Notes: generated by a model not told the origin, from the sequence alone. A stretch of 64,000 bases of DNA from Paraphysomonas bandaiensis (GCA_965644295.1 CBFFRP010000559.1:14207-78206); one strand, 5' to 3'; numbered from the stretch's first letter, positions 15,553 to 30,817 are shown. Translations and numbers: made by a program.

Positions 15553-18500
15553 ATGAATATGCTTGAGCGAGATGAGGTGGAGTATGTCCAAGAAGAGGAT
15601 CAGCATGAAGTCATGGTACGTGTCTCTGTACGCATGCGTGTGTCTCTGTGACGAGAGTGGGCAGCATCAGGTCTCATACTCCAGAATAGAGATACTGGAG
15701 AATCACGGCATCAATAAGACTGATATCAACAAACTAAAAGCATCTGGATTTCATACAGTTGAATCGGTACGTTCATAACCCTATGCACATACACATAACC
15801 CTATGCACATACACATAACCCTATGCACATACATATAACCCTATGCACATACACATAACCCTATGCACATACATATAACCCTATGCACATACATGTAACC
15901 CTATGCACATACATATAACCCTATGCACATACATGTAACCCTATGCACATACATATAACCCTATACACATACATATAACCCTATGCACATACACATAGCC
16001 CTATACACATACATATAACCCTATGCACATACATATAACCCTATGCACATACATATAACCCTATGCACATACACATAACCCTATGCACATACATATAACC
16101 CTATGCACATACATGTAACCCTATGCACATACATATAACCCTATACACATACATATAACCCTATGCACATACACATAGCCCTATACACATACATATAACC
16201 CTATGCACATACATATAACCCTATGCACATACATATAACCCTATGCACATACACATAACCCTATGCACATACATGTAACCCTATGCACATACACATAACC
16301 CTATGCACATACATGTAACCCTATGCACATACATATAACCCTATGCACATACATGTAACCCTATGCACATACATATAACCCTATGCACATACATATAACC
16401 CTATGCACATACATATAACCCTATGCACATACATATAACCCTATGCACATACATATAACCCTATGCACATACATATAACCCTATGCACATACATATAACC
16501 CTATGCACATACACATAACCCTATGCACATACACATAACCCTATGCACATACATGTAACCCTATGCACATACATATAACCCTATGCACATACATATAACC
16601 CTATGCACATACATATAACCCTATACACATACATATAACCCTATGCACATACACATAGCCCTATACACATACATGTAACCCTATGCACATACATATAACC
16701 CTATGCACATACATATAACCCTATGCACATACACATAACCCTATGCACATACACATAACCCTATGCACATACATGTAACCCTATGCACATACACATAACC
16801 CTATGCACATACATGTAACCCTATGCACATACATATAACCCTATGCACATACATATAACCCTATGCACATACATATAACCCTATGCACATACATGTAACC
16901 CTATGCACATACATATAACCCTATGCACATACATATAACCCTATGCACATACATATAACCCTATGCACATACATATAACCCTATACACATACATATAACC
17001 CTATGCACATACACATAGCCCTATACACATACATATAACCCTATACACATACATATAACCCTATGCACATACATATAACCCTATGCACATACATATAACC
17101 CTATGCACATACATATAACCCTATGCACATACATATAACCCTATGCACATACATATAACCCTATGCACATACATATAACCCTATGCACATACATATAACC
17201 CTATGCACATACATGTAACCCTATGCACATACATATAACCCTATGCACATACATGTAACCCTATACACATACATATAACCCTATACACATACATGTAACC
17301 CTATGCACATACATGTAACCCTATGCACATACATGTAACCCTATGCACATACATATAACCCTATGCACATACATATAACCCTATGCACATACATATAACC
17401 CTATGCACATACATGTAACCCTATACACATACATATAACCCTATGCACATACATGTAACCCTATGCACATACATGTAACCCTATGCACATACATGTAACC
17501 CTATGCACATACATGTAACCCTATGCACATACATATAACCCTATGCACATACATGTAACCCTATACACATACATATAACCCTATACACATACATGTAACC
17601 CTATGCACATACATATAACCCTATGCACATACATATAACCCTATGCACATACATATAACCCTATGCACATACATGTAACCCTATGCACATACATGTAACC
17701 CTATGCGCATACATGTAACCCTATGCACATACATGTAACCCTATGCACATACATGTAACCCTATGCACATACATATAACCCTATGCACATACATATAACC
17801 CTATACACATATATGTAACCCTATACACATACATATAACCCTATGCACATACATATAACCCTATGCACATACATATAACCCTATACACATACATATAACC
17901 CTATGCACATACATATAACCCTATACACATACATATAACCCTATACACATACATATAACCCTATACACATACATATAACCCTATGCACATACATGTAACC
18001 CTATGCACATACATGTAACCCTATACACATACATATAACCCTATGCACATACATATAACCCTATACACATACATATAACCCTATACACATATATGTAACC
18101 CTATACACGTATAAACCTTACACTCATAGTACCCTATACACACATAACCCTATACACGTATAAACCTTACACTCATAGTACCCTATACACACATAACCCT
18201 ATACACGTATAAACCTTACACTCATAGTACCCTATACACACATAACCCTAGACACTTATAACCTTGTACACATATATCTTCTATACACATAGAACCCTAT
18301 ACACATAGAACCCTATACACATAGAACCCGATACACATAGAACCCCTATACACATAGAACCCTATACACATAGAACTGCTGTACTCATAGGTTGTGACAT
18401 TTATACCATAACATATAGATTATAACTGATATTTTATAACCTTACTTATAGTATATGTAATATAGTGTATATTCCATAACCCTTATATCATGACATATAT

Positions 18501-20378
18501 CAGTATAACTTATTTATATAGATAGCACATGCCACGATAAGGAAGTTGACAGATGTCAAAGGAATAAGCGACCAGAAGGCTCAGAAACTTAAAGATACCA
18601 TAAAAGTGAATCAGTTAGTATATACGGGGTTTCAGTCGGTACGTTATCGCTGGGTATGTGTTTGTTGTTGATTGTGTGTATCAGGCCACAGACCGGCTGG
18701 AGCAAACAAAGGATGTTATCTCTATATCAACTGGTATGTACTAATAGATACTGGCTTTCAAATATCATTGGAATGGAACGACTAGGTTCGAGTGATCTGG
18801 ATGGGTTGTTGGGGGGTGGAATAGAAACTGGAAGCATGACAGAGATATTTGGCGAATTTAGAACGGGCAAAACACAGATATGCCATACTCTGTGTGTGAT
18901 GTCTCAGCTTCCTCTAGATCAGGTATTTAACCGTCCAATGTGTAATATATTTTGTGTGTGTCTATACTTTGACACACAACGCCACTTTGCCGCATCATTG
19001 GACAGTGAACATGTATACTCTATGTAATAGCTGCACAGGGTGGTGCTGAAGGCAAAGTCATTTACATTGACACCGAAGGAACGTTTCGACCCCAGAGACT
19101 AGTTGCTATTGCGGAAAGGTGATGCCACAGTACGCGTTGGTACATGCTGCTGTTGAATATACTGGTGCCTCCCGTTCTGGGCAGCATATTTTATGAAGTG
19201 TGTTTGACGTATACCGTAGGTTTCAGATGGATCCGACAGCTGTGCTGGTGAGTCGTGGCAGTACACTATTGTTATTATGCAGTGATATGGAAAGTTACAA
19301 ACTCTTATACACGTATGTCCAGGACAATGTTGTGGTGGCTAGAGCTCATAACTCCGAGCAGCAGATGGAACTCTTATCTGATGCTGCTGGCCTGATGTGC
19401 GAGGACAGGTGCGCTACATACCCTCCACTTTGTTTGCAGTTTTTACCGTTTAGACATGCTACCTTTGCTGTATATGTATTTTACGCAATTTCATATGTCT
19501 GTACGTTCATGCCCACGCAGGTATTCTTTGTTGGTCGTAGATTCTGCAACAGCGCTATTCAGGACGGACTACCAGGGAAGAGGAGAGCTATCCGAGAGGT
19601 GTGTTTATAGAGTGCACAACATAGCTGCTGTGTAGTTTGCAATGCTGAAATGTGTACAACACTGAATACGTTTAGCACTGTACAAGATGTACTGCATTTC
19701 GTCGTTTGCGTTACATAGACTCTAGGCAAATGCAACTTGCGCAGTTCCTACGGCAACTTACTAGACTTGCGGAGGAGTTCGGTATTGCCGTAGTTTTGAC
19801 GAATCAGGTACAGCGACGATATTGCCAGAGGAATATATACCAGTAGCTTGCTGTAGGAAGTATATTATGCGTATGCAGTGAAACTACATACATCTGTAGT
19901 TGCTACATGCTGTTGTTGCATAGTTATAGATTTCACGGAAGCAGTTGAGTTCAAGTTATGCGATATATACTTGAAATCATCTTAGTATCCCAACGGCAAA
20001 GCTTTGTATATAACGCCTGGTGCCTTTGTGCAGGTGGTCGCAAACCCGGATGGTATGAGCTTCGCAAAAGATGCTACGAAACCAATCGGCGGTAACATTA
20101 TAGCCCACGCATCAACCACCCGGCTTAAGTTCAAGAAAGGGAGAGGAGATAACAGGGTGTGTCAGGTGAGTGGTATGTGGTGAAAAGTTAGAACGCAGCA
20201 TAGTATATATTTGTGAGCAATGTATGCGGGTACAATGTTGAGCGCGACATTTTGTATTTACAGTTCAATGTGAATGTGTTCATACGATTTTCAGATCTAC
20301 GATTCTCCTTCTCTACCGGAGTCGGAGTGTGCTTTTGCCATCACTAGTGCCGGTATAGATAATGCCAAGGATATTTAG
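15553..20378 (+). CDS. RAD51: DNA recombinase RAD51
   Basis: [20 protein letters not shown], Walker [22 protein letters not shown], Walker [68 protein letters not shown]. The GGNI and NQVVA residues are RAD51-type rather than DMC1-type. Confidence 0.92.
15777..18107. repeat. 20-bp minisatellite (TAACCCTATGCACATACATA)n, ~116 units, in RAD51 intron 2
   Basis: Strict 20-nt period visible in the 60-nt lines; variants at only a few positions. Confidence 0.98.
18098..18376. repeat. Related ~49-bp (x3) and ~17-bp (x5) tandem repeats sharing the ACCCTATACAC core
   Basis: ACCCTATACACGTATAAACCTTACACTCATAGTACCCTATACACACATA repeats, followed by TAGAACCCTATACACA repeats. Confidence 0.85.
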
Positions 20379-21289
20379 CCAGCCTGTGCATATAAGCTGC
20401 CTCAAATAAGTGCACTGCTGCTCCTGTCGACCATGGCTTTGTCAGTAGTGCACCTTGGACTTTTTATTTTGATATTTAATGCAGTATAGTTTAGTGAAGA
20501 TGTTATTAATACACTATTGTTTTTGTACTTAATTTAATTCAAGTAGGTTATTTTTTGCCTGCGTACTATGATAGAAATTAATGTGCTCACATTTCCTTAA
20601 TTTATCGCTCTTGAATTTTGGCGCGGGGTCGCAAAAAAGATTCTGATTTAAAATAATATAATTACCACATAGAGAAGTGGAATATCATTAAAGTTGTCAT
20701 TTGAAATAAATGTACATAGTGAGCGCAACACTAAACTAAAATATTGTATGCTAATATGTTACCTTGCCCAATAATATGTTGTCAAATAATAAACAAATGT
20801 TTCAGTTTTAAAAGATGTTTTAAATACTCGGTTGCGAAACACAGTCATTGCAGGGAAGAGCTTTCAAGAATTCAACATCTGGAGAGTTGCTAGAATATTT
20901 TTTCTCATTTGATCTATTGCTTTTTAGGGATTTTTACAAAAAGTGGGGCAAATGGATTAGCATCTAATATTACAGAAAGTGCCTTATTATTGCAAGTAGA
21001 CTTTACATGTGACTACTAAATCTAAAGTAAATGTAATGAGCACTCTGTTGCTAATATTCTATATTCTACTATTATGTATTATGTTATGTAGCGCTAGGAG
21101 AGCTATTTGCCTAACAGCATGTTGATATACCAAACGTCTGCTGAATTAAAAGGATTGTTGAGTCATTGAGTCCTTATGAAGTGAACTTAACGTTGTCTCT
21201 TGAGGTGGCCCATTTACGGATGCTTAATTATTTATTGCCTGTAGATGTCGATATGAGCATAAGAGACAATGAGTGGGGTTATAGTGCCT

Positions 21290-21540
21290 CGTCTTACTCA
21301 TCATTCTCAATCTCGTCATCGAGTTTGCCTTCGTGTGCGCGGTTCAGTTCTTGTTTCCTACCGTGGTGAATTTTGACTAATGATTTCTCAAAATCTGCAT
21401 TCTGAACGATTTCCGAGTCTGCGACCAGGTTACTGACGAACTAAATCATCAAATTGTACCCGGAAATCAAGCTGTTCTTCTCTATCTGATTGATAAAGTT
21501 ACAGACGATGATAAAACTCCTATCCTAGATTGCTCCACAT
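21290..21540 (-). pseudogene. Degenerate DNA-transposase fragment (hAT-like, oomycete type)
   Basis: Frameshifted and stop-containing translation SVTLSI / DREEQLDFRVQFDDLVRQ* / LVADSEIVQNADFEKSLVKIHHGRKQEL resembles, from memory, the SVT..LQ...VR.LFD.L...L...A.IV....FE...VK segment of oomycete transposase-derived proteins. Confidence 0.5.
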
Positions 21541-22018
21541 CGCTTGGGACAAATAGCACACATCAAAATCAAACCACACACACTCACATGAGTGGATAAT
21601 TCCATGTGGCTCTTAATCCAGCTTGAACCTTGTCAGTCCAACCAGCATGGAAATTGGTGTGGTTTGCAAATTGCGTCCACCCTGGTTCATTTTCTTGAAT
21701 AGGCCCTTCCTAAATGTGAAATTCTCTGCGTTTCCGTTTAAAAAACCTTTCTGGTAGTTCCTTTTTAATTCAAAAAAGTACTCGTGAAATTTGTTCTTAT
21801 GATGCCATTGTCCCAATGATTCTAACCCGTAATTATTGCACACACACGTAGTGATCCCTAACGGATACACATAACGTCATTTATTTGCACTACTATACTT
21901 GAATATTTCAAAGCCGTTGAATATATTCAATCACCTTTTTCTATGCATCGCGACGGTCGTTGTGGAGGTGCCCAGTTTGTTCTTGTCAACGAGCTTTGAC
22001 ATGCTATATTACTCTTGT

Positions 22019-22155
22019 GTGCTGAGGTTAAAGTGTATACTGACCCCTATATTGTCACACAATTATGATTAATAAAGTGATAAAGTGACTGTGCACATAC
22101 ATCCAAACTTCTGTGATAACAGATAATGGGTTTGTACCTATGATCAGTTGCTATA
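22019..22155 (+). repeat. Dispersed repeat family B, copy 2
   Basis: GTGCTGAGGTTAAAGTGTATACTGACCCCTATA...TGGGTTTGTACCTATGATCAGTTGCTAT resembles 10614-10725. Confidence 0.6.
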
Positions 22156-23598
22156 CATCTTAAGATGCAATATATAATTAAGCCAGACAATCAATAGCAA
22201 TGAATTGGCACCATGCACCAATAATAATTGACACTATCATTTCTTAAACCAATAAATTGAAAACCTATTAATTGTTACGCAAGCCTGTGTGTAGTGAGTG
22301 ACTGCCTAAATTACATAAATGAATAAATATATTCAAGTTTAAGATTTTTAGAAGACCCCTCCAGACCCCTCGTACAACCTGGACATAAACTGTACACAGA
22401 GTTTAACCCTCTTATAGACAACACATAACAACATGATGCTGAACGGTAATGTAATCGATAACTGCTGTTGAAGGTGGACTCACTTGAGATCAGCTGTTGC
22501 ACCCCGTCCTTTGACACTATGAGCTCGTGTGTTGCACGAAGCTGATGTAGCCTTTCGCATTAATAGGGATCGATGAGGCCTGCTTTTAAGCCTCCCTGTT
22601 GCATGTGAGGTCGTTCCTGTAACGGATGTATGGTAATAAGTGATGCTCGAGAGATGTCTGTGTATGCAGCATTAGTGCAGCTTCACGATCCACTGTACGC
22701 AGGCATTCTCCGTATAGTCTTCCCGTTGAATGCAGTGATGATGACTATGAGCAATCATCTCACTGGATGTAAAACCACTGCATTGTAGTGTATTAAATAG
22801 ATGCCATAATATTGCAATGAACTGTAGGAGCTGCTCTGTTACCTTGCAACCCTGTCAATGCATGCATGGGCGGCGCATGTGAGGCAGCTTAACAGTCAGT
22901 TGAGGACAGGATGACATTGCAAGATATTCGAAAATCCCGGAAATTGTGTTTTCAGTCCCAACAAAAATCTAAATTCTATGGGTTTTTTCCCAGCTAATGA
23001 GCATATTTTGCATATATTTGCATATAGTAGATGAAATCCAGAGCTTTTAGGCTGTAGAGAAGAGAAAAGCCTAAAATCATGGGGAAAAAATAATAAAAAG
23101 GTACTTTTTACTATAAATTCTATATTTTTTTCATATTAGCAATCAAAATAATGCGATTTTACCACTTTCTTTTACCCGTTTGGTGGGAAACATCCCGTGG
23201 AATACCATTCATAACATAGATCTCAAAGTGTGCATAGATCTCCAGATATTATGATATTATACTTAAAGTTAAAGTTGGTTGTGCATTAAAAAGCCATAGT
23301 ATTCTACTTTTCAGCGAAATTATCTCGGTAATTTTACTAAAATATTCTATAAATCGTAATCCCAATTGTTTCCAACTATATGTAGCCTGTAACGGGAGGT
23401 ATCCCATTTATGTAACCTGTTCGATTTATATGTAGCCGGTTTCGGGAACTGATTCCATCTCAACCACAGGTCTCTAATCTGCTGCTCCTGATGGCAAGTC
23501 CCTCCTATACTTGTGGTGGTTAGTGTTCATATGTATCTACAGGGTTTTCTATAGGTTAGTTTCTCCTCTATACGGTACTACCATGCAGACCTCTCGTG

Positions 23599-23636
23599 TA
23601 CATACATACATACATACATACATACATACATACATA
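23599..23636. repeat. Short (TACA)n array upstream of CCT2
   Basis: About 9 units, ~85 bp before the ATG. Confidence 0.9.
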
Positions 23637-23718
23637 GGCGTGGATGTGCCTATAGAACCCTCATCCATTAAGAGTGAGTATATATATACACACACATCTC
23701 ATTATATACATATCAACA

Positions 23719-26497
23719 ATGGCAGCAGAGGTATGGAACACACACGGTATGATGACATGAATTCATTGTTTTAACAGGCGGTTGTGAATGCGGAAGCGGA
23801 GGTTCAAAAGGTCAGTAGAGGGTCGCATGGATCTCATTGATAAACACATGAATAAATAGGGAGAAAATGCGAGAATGTCTTCATTTGTTGGAGCAATTGC
23901 GATTGCTGATTTAGTGAAGACAACTCTCGGTCCGAAGGGGATGGATAAGATCCTCCAGTCGGTACGTACAGACATACATACACATACATACATACACATA
24001 CATACACATGCATATATAGAGACATACACATACATATAGAGAGAGGGAGATATACATACATACACATAGAGGCTCATATATATAGAGACACACTCATATA
24101 TATACATACATACACCCATACACACACACATATATATATGAATATATAGACGCGCATATATACATACATGCACGCGTATGTATATATACACTCTAATACA
24201 TATACACATAAGCATATCATAGTGTCGCATACGAATATATAGTGTACAGTGGACTATATACTGTGGTATGCATTACTAATATCGTTACCACACACAGGTA
24301 TCTGATCCCAATAACCAGCGCATTACTATTACCAATGACGGGGCAACGATATTAAAGTCTGTGCCTGTGGATAATCCCGCCGCGAAGGTGTTGGTTGAGA
24401 TTGCCAAAACTCAGGACGATACTGTCGGTGACGGGACCACCAGGTGAATTATACTTCTTGAATAATAATTTTTCTGTATTGTGTTGTATTTAGAATGATA
24501 TACAAGTGAAAGTTCTATTTAAACTCTATTGCAGTGTGACAGTATTATGTGGAGAACTTCTGCGCGAGGCAGAGTTTCTAGTAAACCAGCGTGTTCACCC
24601 AATGACAATCATGGCTGGATGGCGTAATGCTGTCCAAATCGCCCGCGGGGCCCTTGAAGGGGCAGCTGTTGACCACGCTGCTGATCCTGTTGCATTTCGT
24701 GAGGACCTCCTCAACATCGCCCGTACAACCTTGTCATCAAAGCTTCTTAATGTCGAAAAGAATCACTTTGCTGAGCTAGCTGTGGATGCCGTATTGAGAC
24801 TGAAGGGATCTGGAAACCTTGACTATATTCAGGTTTGGTTCGCGTGTTATCTCTGTCTATATTCTGTTTTTCATAGATCTGTGTTGTCATTTGTCATATC
24901 CAATGTTTGTACCAACATAATCTGTTGTACGTGTACCCAGGTCATTAAGAAACCTGGAGGGTGCCTACATGATTCTTTTCTTGAAGATGGATTTGTTTTG
25001 GACAAAAGCTTTGGGACAGGACAGGTACCTGATGCCAAGCAATGTCATGTCTTATATCACATAAATATGCCAAGCCGCTGATGTAAATCTACGATACGTC
25101 ACTTTTTAATAAATCACTCAATTATTCACGCGTTATGTACGCAATTATTGTTCAATGCCTTATTGTTTGTGTAGGTCCATCGTGTGGAGAAAGCCAAGAT
25201 TTTAGTTGCCAATACCCCAATGGATACAGACAAGATCAAGATATATGGGTCCAGGGTAAGCATACCATGATACCATGTGCACCACATGATATGTGCTGCG
25301 GACTATGTCGCAACAATTTCTATGCTGCACACTATGTGCACCGCACTGCGTAATGTGTCAAGGACTTGTTCTAATTTCTATTGGTGTCGTGTAGGTCAGA
25401 GTGGACTCTATGGCGAAAGTGGCTGAAATCGAAGATGCGGAGAGGGAGAAGATGCGCAAGAAGTGCCAAAAGATCATTGATCATGGAATCTCCTGCTTTA
25501 TCAACCGACAGCTCATATACAACTTCCCAGAGCAGATCTTCACCGATGCTGGGGTGGTTAGCATTGAACATGCAGACTTCGATGGCATTGAGCGCCTTGC
25601 CGCTGTCACTGGTGGTGAAATTGCATCTACTTTTGACAGGTATGATCGTATAATCTCATTGTTCCCGTTTATATCCGCACTACATTTGTCATATATATGT
25701 AACTACCGATATTTATTTTCCGATCGTATCAATTGTTCATACTTTTGCGCCATATCATCTCTTAATTGCGCACAGGCCTGAATTGGTTACCCTTGGAGAG
25801 TGCGACCTAATTGACGAGATCATTGTCGGAGAAGACAGACTGATCAGATTCTCTGGCTGCAAGGGCGGATCTGCGTGCTCCATCATCCTTAGAGGAGCCT
25901 CTTCTCATTTACTGGATGAAGCCGAGCGATCTCTTCACGATGCTCTTTGTGTTTTAACAGAAACTGTAAAGGAAACTAGGGTTGTGTGCGGAGGTGGCTG
26001 CATGGAGATGCTCATGGCTCAGGCTATTGACGTGCAGGTGATGTTACTTCCGCGTACTCATATGCTAGGGGTGTCATGTATATGGGTATTTATCTTAGCA
26101 CTGGTTCACAGGTTCCGACCACTGCTGGCAAGGCTGCGCTTGCCATGGAAGCCTTCTCAAGGGCCCTGCGTCAACTACCCACCATCATTGCTGATAATGC
26201 GGGTTACGATTCCTCTGAGCTCATCACTGTTCTCAGGGCGAAGCACGCCAGTGGAGAGAAGCATGCGGGCCTGAACATGAAAGACGGTGAGGTTGGAGAC
26301 ATGTGGGAGCTTGGCGTCAGAGAATCTTTCAAGAGCAAACTACAGGTGCAGTATACGTTTATATATACCTTCTCTGTGATGTGATGTAACTGTGTATTTG
26401 TATTTGCGAAAAGGTACTGGTCAGTGCAGCGGAGGCAGCAGAGATGATTCTTCGCGTGGACGATATCATCAAATGCGCACCCAGACAGAGAGAGTAG
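23719..26497 (+). CDS. CCT2: T-complex protein 1 subunit beta (CCT-beta chaperonin)
   Basis: [121 protein letters not shown]. Confidence 0.97.
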
Positions 26498-27290
26498 GCG
26501 AGAATTTCTCAGATGATCGTGTGCGCTGTTTATATTTATGGAGTATAAGCAGTTTGCGTGGTGGTTGTGCATTGACTATCGTTTGGTATACTATCATGGA
26601 TTGAGCAGTCCGTACTTGTGTAGAGGCCATGGGTAGAATGAATAGCGCTTTCATAGCAGTTTTAATAATTGACTGTTCGTCAATGTGCGTTGCTTTGGTG
26701 CGACACTTACACTTAATTAGCACTACTTCAGTATCTACGGGTACTATTTGTATTATTGAAATATTATAGTTATCTTTTATTTAGAGTTAATCTAGTATCT
26801 AGTACAATTGCCATTCCTTAAAAGCTTATGTATAAATCCCATTGATTTGAAAAGTTATTTTGATTTCCTTCGCTCTATCACTAAAAGCAAACACCGTTAG
26901 CAGGAAGAATGTTGATATGTATTGTTCCGATGTCCTCTTAAATAAATGCATATAATGATTTTTGTCAGCTTATACAATTGTACGTTGTATGATATCCACG
27001 CAATATGATTGGTGCGTAGTGTGCTACGTTCTGAAAATATTTGGCGTCGCTAGAGGTGTCTGAGGTGCTATGTACTATTTAATGTACGTTGCATAGACGT
27101 TTTATTAATACGTTGGCACATTTATGAAGCCTAGGAACTTCAATGAAATCATCGCAGCAGCTACACAAATCGTGCCAAAATACTTCTTAGTACAAGCTAC
27201 AGAAACACATTATCTTACGAAATATATGCCATACACTTGAAAAAATACCCGCACAGTAAATGGCGCCATCACAGCAAAGCAGCTTCACAC

Positions 27291-29422
27291 CTAGTACGTA
27301 TACATCAATGTTGTTCCTGGCAGTGCCCCAGGGGGTACTGTTAACTGCATCATCACCCCATTCGGGCTCTTAACTTGAAGCACAGTTCCGGGGGGGCAAT
27401 TCGGAGGAACCGTAATCTATAGCACATTTACACTGTAAGGTAGCCATAGAACAAAATACAGTGATGGCTATATTTATCAATTGCATTGTAACACCAATCT
27501 ATGTAAATAGTGGAGTACCTGAGCTTGTCTCGACTGACCACCTGCAGGAGGAGCTCCTGGGGGAGGAGCATATGCAGGCGGAGGCTGGTTATAAGCAGGA
27601 GGGGGAGGAAGTCCCCCCGTCGCCGATGAGTAATTAGAGCCTTGACTATGAGTCTGGGAGAGCATGTGCGACACATTTCCCACGCTTCTGGTAGGTTTCC
27701 CATCAACATAACCTGCCTGAGATTCTCGTGAACGCTGTTCCGCTTCGCTTATAATGTTCCTTGCATGAACCTTCTCGTTCAGAAAGCGAGAGTACACGTC
27801 CACATAGAGCGAGGCATGCGGATTGCGTTCAAAGTAGAACCTATATATAAATGAATACGTTAGTTGTAATCAGTACTTAAGAACTCAATCACCTATACTC
27901 CTCGCTTGTGTGGGTTCTCCCGAGCAAATTATCCATGGTGTATTTAGAAAATGGCAAATTTTCATCGAGTGCGTCCAAGTCCATGGGGTTAATTGCTGCC
28001 ACCAGCTGAGCCACCATCCAAAGTCCCTTGGTAAAGGGAAATGCCGGGCCTTGGTCAGTGAGTACCTCAATCTTTTCTGCGTTGTAGTCATCCAGCTCAG
28101 CGGTAAATGGGGCCACTTCTTCCACCTTAAAAAATTAAGTCGTGAAAAAGTCCATACATATATACATACGACGGTACACGTACAGAGATTGTTACTGTTA
28201 AGTACATACAATGCTGCAAGTTCCTTATATATCTTCACTATACTCACTCATATGTATTCTAATATGCAGGACATTATGGCTTTTCAAAACACACAATGTG
28301 AGGTGCATATATATAGCGTACCTGCTTCATCCATTCGACCTCTGAGTCCTCATTACTGCATGAGAGAAACGTAACGGGATTCTTGTCCGGTTGTGCTCTA
28401 TTGATAATAAGTTCAGACACTGCATGTACAGGTCTATCTGTTGGCACCCCATCCGTTAATAAATAATGCATTGTAGGTTCTGAATGTTTAGAAGCTTCTT
28501 GAAATGCTTTTGACAAGACTGTGTATGTAGGTGTCTTGTATCGCACATCAATGCTTGCAAATGTATTCCTGATAGCATCATGACACTCTCTTTTAAAGTC
28601 ATCAATTGATTTTCCTGTTCTGTTAAAGGTGAGAATGTTCTCAGCATTTAAGAATTGGATCTGAATGGAGTATGTAGGTATGTATGCCAAGATATCCAGC
28701 ATGACATGCAGTCTGTTCTCTGCTTCTTGCCAGCGTGTCATTTGCACATTTGGGGTACGAGAAATAGCCGGTTGACCATTTGATGGTGGTGTGAATAATG
28801 ATGGACAGCCTTCTGTAAGCATGACGTCTGTAGGAGCTCGCATGGATCCTGAGAGACGAAGGAATCATATGGAGATATATGTACAGATGGATATGTACAG
28901 ATAGATGTGTATTGAAGTACATGGAGAAGTGTATATGTACATATATTTATATATTCATGTATATATGTACAAGTGTATATGTACAAGTGTATGAGTACCT
29001 GAATCATCGACTATGAAGTTGAGTCGATAGTGTCTCAATGCACTCAATTTACTTATCAATCCCACTGGAACTTCATACTGAATGAAGTAATCTGTGAGTC
29101 CCTCCAATAGTTCGCCTCCATCAAGCTCTTGATTGGAATGGAATGAATTGAGATATGTATCATCCTGCATATTTTCCATAGCAGATATTGTCGAATCAGA
29201 CATCTGCATAGGAGTCCCTGTGCTCTCTGATTGGATAGCAGTAGCTTCAGCAATATCTGATAATGAAGACACTACAGCAAGAGTGTCCCCTGAAGATCCA
29301 GAAGTATGTGAATTATTTGAAGTACTCGAAGGATCTGAATGTGCTTTCACCCAATTCAGATATTCAGGATTTTGTTGCATAATTCCATTAACGAAAATGT
29401 ATTTCTTGGGTTTACTTGACAT
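27291..29422 (-). CDS. vWA-domain protein with Pro-rich linker and C-terminal V.VP.G..PG repeat module
   Basis: MIDAS-like FIVDDSGSM spans an intron, plus YLLTDGVP. Followed by PPPPAYNQPPPAYAPPP and a last exon TVPPNCPPGTVLQVKSPNGVMMQLTVPPGALPGTTLMYTY*. Confidence 0.8.
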
Positions 29423-29632
29423 GATTGAAGATGTGAAGGGAGAGATATTGTGTTTTGAGGTTATATGTATATGTATGTGAATCTGTCAGTCGATAAGGAT
29501 CCATATATAACACATTTATATATACATATACACACAACACTGCAACAACACACATACCTCAACGTCACAGTGTTCTCACACTAGTGCTACTAGTGACATA
29601 CATATGTATACAGGTACACTGTACCCATATAC

Positions 29633-30175
29633 ACATACATACATACATACATACATACATACATACATACATACATACATACATACATACATACATACAT
29701 ACATACATACATACATACATACATACATACATACATACATACATACATACATACATACATACATACATACATACATACATACATACATACATACATACAT
29801 ACATACATACATACATACATACATACATACATACATACATACATACATACATACATACATACATACATACATACATACATACATACATACATACATACAT
29901 ACATACATACATACATACATACATACATACATACATACATACATACATACATACATACATACATACATACATACATACATACATACATACATACATACAT
30001 ACATACATACATACATACATACATACATACATACATACATACATACATACATACATACATACATACATACATACATACATACATACATACATACATACAT
30101 ACATACATACATACATACATACATACATACATACATACATACATACATACATACATACATACATACATACATACA

Positions 30176-30209
<34 letters not shown>

Positions 30210-30655
30210 CATACATACATACATACATACATACATACATACATACATACATACATACATACATACATACATACATACATACATACATACATACATACAT
30301 ACATACATACATACATACATACATACATACATACATACATACATACATACATACATACATACATACATACATACATACATACATACATACATACATACAT
30401 ACATACATACATACATACATACATACATACATACATACATACATACATACATACATACATACATACATACATACATACATACATACATACATACATACAT
30501 ACATACATACATACATACATACATACATACATACATACATACATACATACATACATACATACATACATACATACATACATACATACATACATACATACAT
30601 ACATACATACATACATACATACATACATACATACATACATACATACATACATACA

Positions 30656-30685
<30 letters not shown>
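29633..30685. repeat. (CATA)n microsatellite, ~260 units, between divergent vWA and PhyH genes
   Basis: Near-perfect array with a single variant near 30205. Confidence 0.98.
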
Positions 30686-30686
<1 letters not shown>

Positions 30687-30817
30687 CTCTGTATATGGTA
30701 TAGAGTACTGCAGGAGTGTACGTGTGTACAGTATGTTGTGGTGGTCCTGCGGCAGTGTATGTATGTGTTTGTTAAGAGTGTTCTCTATAGACCAGCCCTT
30801 CATCTTCTATCCTCATA

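Noticed and set aside
15777-18107. True telomere or CRISPR array
   Set aside because: It is internal to a RAD51 intron with intact exons on both sides, and the unit is a 20-mer without spacers.
15553-20378. DMC1 assignment
   Set aside because: The diagnostic segments ([22 protein letters not shown]) match RAD51 rather than DMC1 (RQQKLAQMLS, NQMTA, PIGGHI).
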